Shown in pieces: positions 59,739 through 64,000 of a DNA stretch of 64,000 nt. The notes under the pieces are model-generated. The model searched no databases, was not told the DNA's origin, and was given only the letters and a program-made list of their open reading frames with translations. Made by a program: the position numbers and the translations under genes. Every line of letters starts with the position of its first letter. Positions within the stretch are counted from its first letter, which is position 1. The stretch is from the human T2T-CHM13v2.0 reference genome, Homo sapiens: NCBI RefSeq assembly GCF_009914755.1, contig NC_060936.1; one strand, 5' to 3'.

Positions 59739-60877
59739 TAGTAGAGACGGGGTTTCTCTATGTTGGCCAGGCTGGTCTCGAACTCCCAACCTCAGGTGAT
59801 CCACCTGCCTCGGCCTCCCAAAGTGCTGAGATTATAGACATGAGCCACCACGCCTGGCCCCATATTTTAAATTATTTAATTTTTTTTTTCCCTAGAGATG
59901 AGTTCTTGCCATGTCGTTCAGGCTGGTCTTGAACTCCTAGGCTCAAGCGATCCTGCTGCCTCAGATTCCCAAAGTGCTGGGATTACAGGCGCGAGCCACT
60001 GTACCCAGCCTCCTCATTTTTTTAAACCATTGCGTTGTAAGATCATAGTGTGCTATGATTTCAACAGATTCCTACCAATAGACATTTAGGTTATTTTCAG
60101 TACTTGCTACTACACACATTGCCACAATAAACAGCCTTGGGTGCATATATAGTATACTCGTATTTCTTTTCTTCTTAAAAATGTTTTTTGTCTTACCAAG
60201 AAGCTTGAATCTGAAGCGCATACAGTGTGCTTTTACAAACATAGTTGTAGGATTAATGCTTAGATTAGAACCACTGAATCTAAAATATGTACATTTACAT
60301 TTTTAAAAAAATTACCCTCCCAAAAAAGAGTGAGCCAATTTATATCCCCACCAATAATGTATGAGAATGCCTGTTCCCCTCTACTTTAACCTTTCTTAAA
60401 TGTAAAACCAATCTTACTCCATCAAATACAGGCCATCAGAGCCTACCTGGAAACAGCTATGCATATGTTCCTGTCAGATAAAGCCATTTGAATCCCAAAT
60501 GAAATTCCTAAAGCTAAAAGGAGATAAGGGTGCCTAAATCTGCTGGGACCAGTCAGATGTTGAGGTTTATGCTCTGCTGGTCAAAAATTACCTTACATTT
60601 TATTAGAGTTTACATCAGTTATCACGATTTCAGCAGCTGGTCTAACTCAGACTAGCGGAGACAATAAGGAGACTCATTAGCTCACAAAACAGGACGTTTG
60701 CAACACGGTTCAGCTTCAGGGCTGGTTGATGTAGTGGCTCAAGCCGCTAAATTTCTCAAGCACCCAAAATCTTTTCTTCTCTTTCTCTGCCATTTGCGGA
60801 GGTGGCTTCATCCTTCATTCAACCATCCTAAGGTAAGATGGTTGCCAGAGCAATGGATATGATATATGATACATTTC

Positions 60878-61307
60878 TGTCTCATGCGTTGTGTGAGGAG
60901 ACCACCAAACAGGGTTTGTGTGTGCAGCAAGGCTGTTTATTTCACCTGGGTGCAGGCGGGCTGAGTCCGAAAAGAGAGTCAGCAAAGGGTGGTGTGATTA
61001 CCACTAGTTCCTTTAGGTTTTGGGATAGGCGGTGGAGTTAGGAGCAATGTTTTGCAGGCAGGGGGTGGATCTCACAAAGTACATTCTCAAGGGTGGGGAG
61101 AATTACAAAGAACCTTCTTAAGGGTGGGGGAGATTATAAAGTACATTGATCAGTTAGGGTGGGGCAGAAACAAATCACAGTGGTGGAATGTCATCAGTTA
61201 AGGCTATTTTCACTTCTTTTGTGGATCTTCAGTTGCTTCAGGCCATCTGGATGTATTCGTGCAGCACAGGGGATATGATGGCTTAGTTTGGGCTCAGAGG
61301 CCTGACA
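60878..61307 (-). mobile_element. HERV-H solo LTR (LTR7B-like), 430 bp
   Basis: Minus strand starts TGTCAGGCCTCTGAGCCCAA, has CCCCACCCT repeat blocks and GGTGAAATAAACAGCC, and ends CATGAGACA; perfect TSD ATTTC at 60873-60877 and 61308-61312. Confidence 0.9.
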
Positions 61308-61384
61308 ATTTCCTATTCATGCTTTCTTGTGGTTTGCTTTGCTTTTGCTTTTGCTTTTGCTTTTTTTTTTTTTTTTTTTTTTGA

Positions 61385-61543
<159 letters not shown>

Positions 61544-62043
61544 TAGTAGAGACGGGGTTTCGCCCTTTAGGCCGGGCTGGTCTCGAACTCCTGAACTCAG
61601 GTGATCCGCCTGCCTCGGCCTCCCAAAGTGCTGGGATTACAGGTGTGAGCCACTGCTCCTGGCCTTTCCTATGGTTTTCTAAGTGTGCGTGTGCATGCAC
61701 ACACACACGTGCACGCACACACGCACCCTCTGACATGCATCTCCTTGGCCCAGGTGGGCCCAGATGGGCCCAGGTCTGTCCACCCTGAATATACCATGAT
61801 CAGGGTAAAGTGAGTATTGCACAGTCAACTATAACATTCACTACTGTGCTTCCATTTTCAAAGACTGAAGCAGAGACTACCAGAAGTCCCGCCCCCCTCA
61901 AAGCCATTCTACCCTCTTCCTGTATCTGATTCTTCCTGCCATGTGACATCCAGAATGAAGACATTTCCTAACTTCCTGTGTTATTAGGGATGGCCATGAA
62001 AATAAGTTCTGGCCAAGCTGAAGTAGCCCATGCAACCTCTTGG

Positions 62044-62045
<2 letters not shown>

Positions 62046-62083
<38 letters not shown>
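62046..62083 (+). repeat. (GT)19 microsatellite at the tail of a minus Alu monomer
   Basis: Read directly from sequence. Confidence 0.95.
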
Positions 62084-62089
<6 letters not shown>

Positions 62090-62296
62090 TGGAGGCTTGC
62101 TCTGTTGCCCAGGCTAGAGTATAGTGGCATGATTACAGTTCACTGCAAACTTGAACTCCTGGGCTCAAGCGATCCTCCGGCCTCAGCCTTCGAGTAGTTA
62201 CGATTACAGGGGTGAGCTACAGTGCCCAGTCCAGGCAGTTTTCTTAAAGGGAGAGGGCAAACATTTATCTTTCTTTTCTCCCTCCTGCTGATAGGA

Positions 62297-64000
<1,704 letters not shown>

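Overview
This is human-type (primate) genomic DNA, extremely Alu-dense (roughly half or more by eye), with no complete protein-coding exon. A CpG island at ~29.6-30.8 kb holds the promoter and GC-rich non-coding first exon of a minus-strand gene, with donor GAG|GTGAGC at 30316/30315. From memory of the 5'UTR (...GCTGCTGCTGCAGTGGGACAGGTGGCGGCGACCGGCGGCGTCCGAGGAG), I identify it as CLIP1 (CLIP-170/restin, 12q24.31); this was not checked against a database. Bases 1-30315 are then intron 1, which contains candidate alternative 5' exons and an antisense unit (probably CLIP1-AS1, ~3.3-8.6 kb). Bases ~30.5-64 kb are upstream intergenic DNA made of nested Alu, L1, L2, MIR and LTR remnants, including an intact AluYa5 and a HERV-H LTR7B-type solo LTR with perfect TSDs. 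Nearly all listed ORFs are Alu, low-complexity or GC artefacts. I cannot demonstrate a new biological system. The strongest unexplained signals are: a perfect 25-bp hairpin inside an ancient MIR in intron 1 with pri-miRNA-like geometry; several short fold-back (template-switch-like) inversions across the window; an AluJ flanked by a ~130-bp direct duplication; and a palindrome-rich, possibly bidirectional intronic promoter at ~3.05-3.46 kb. Repeat boundaries and subfamily names were read by eye and are approximate.
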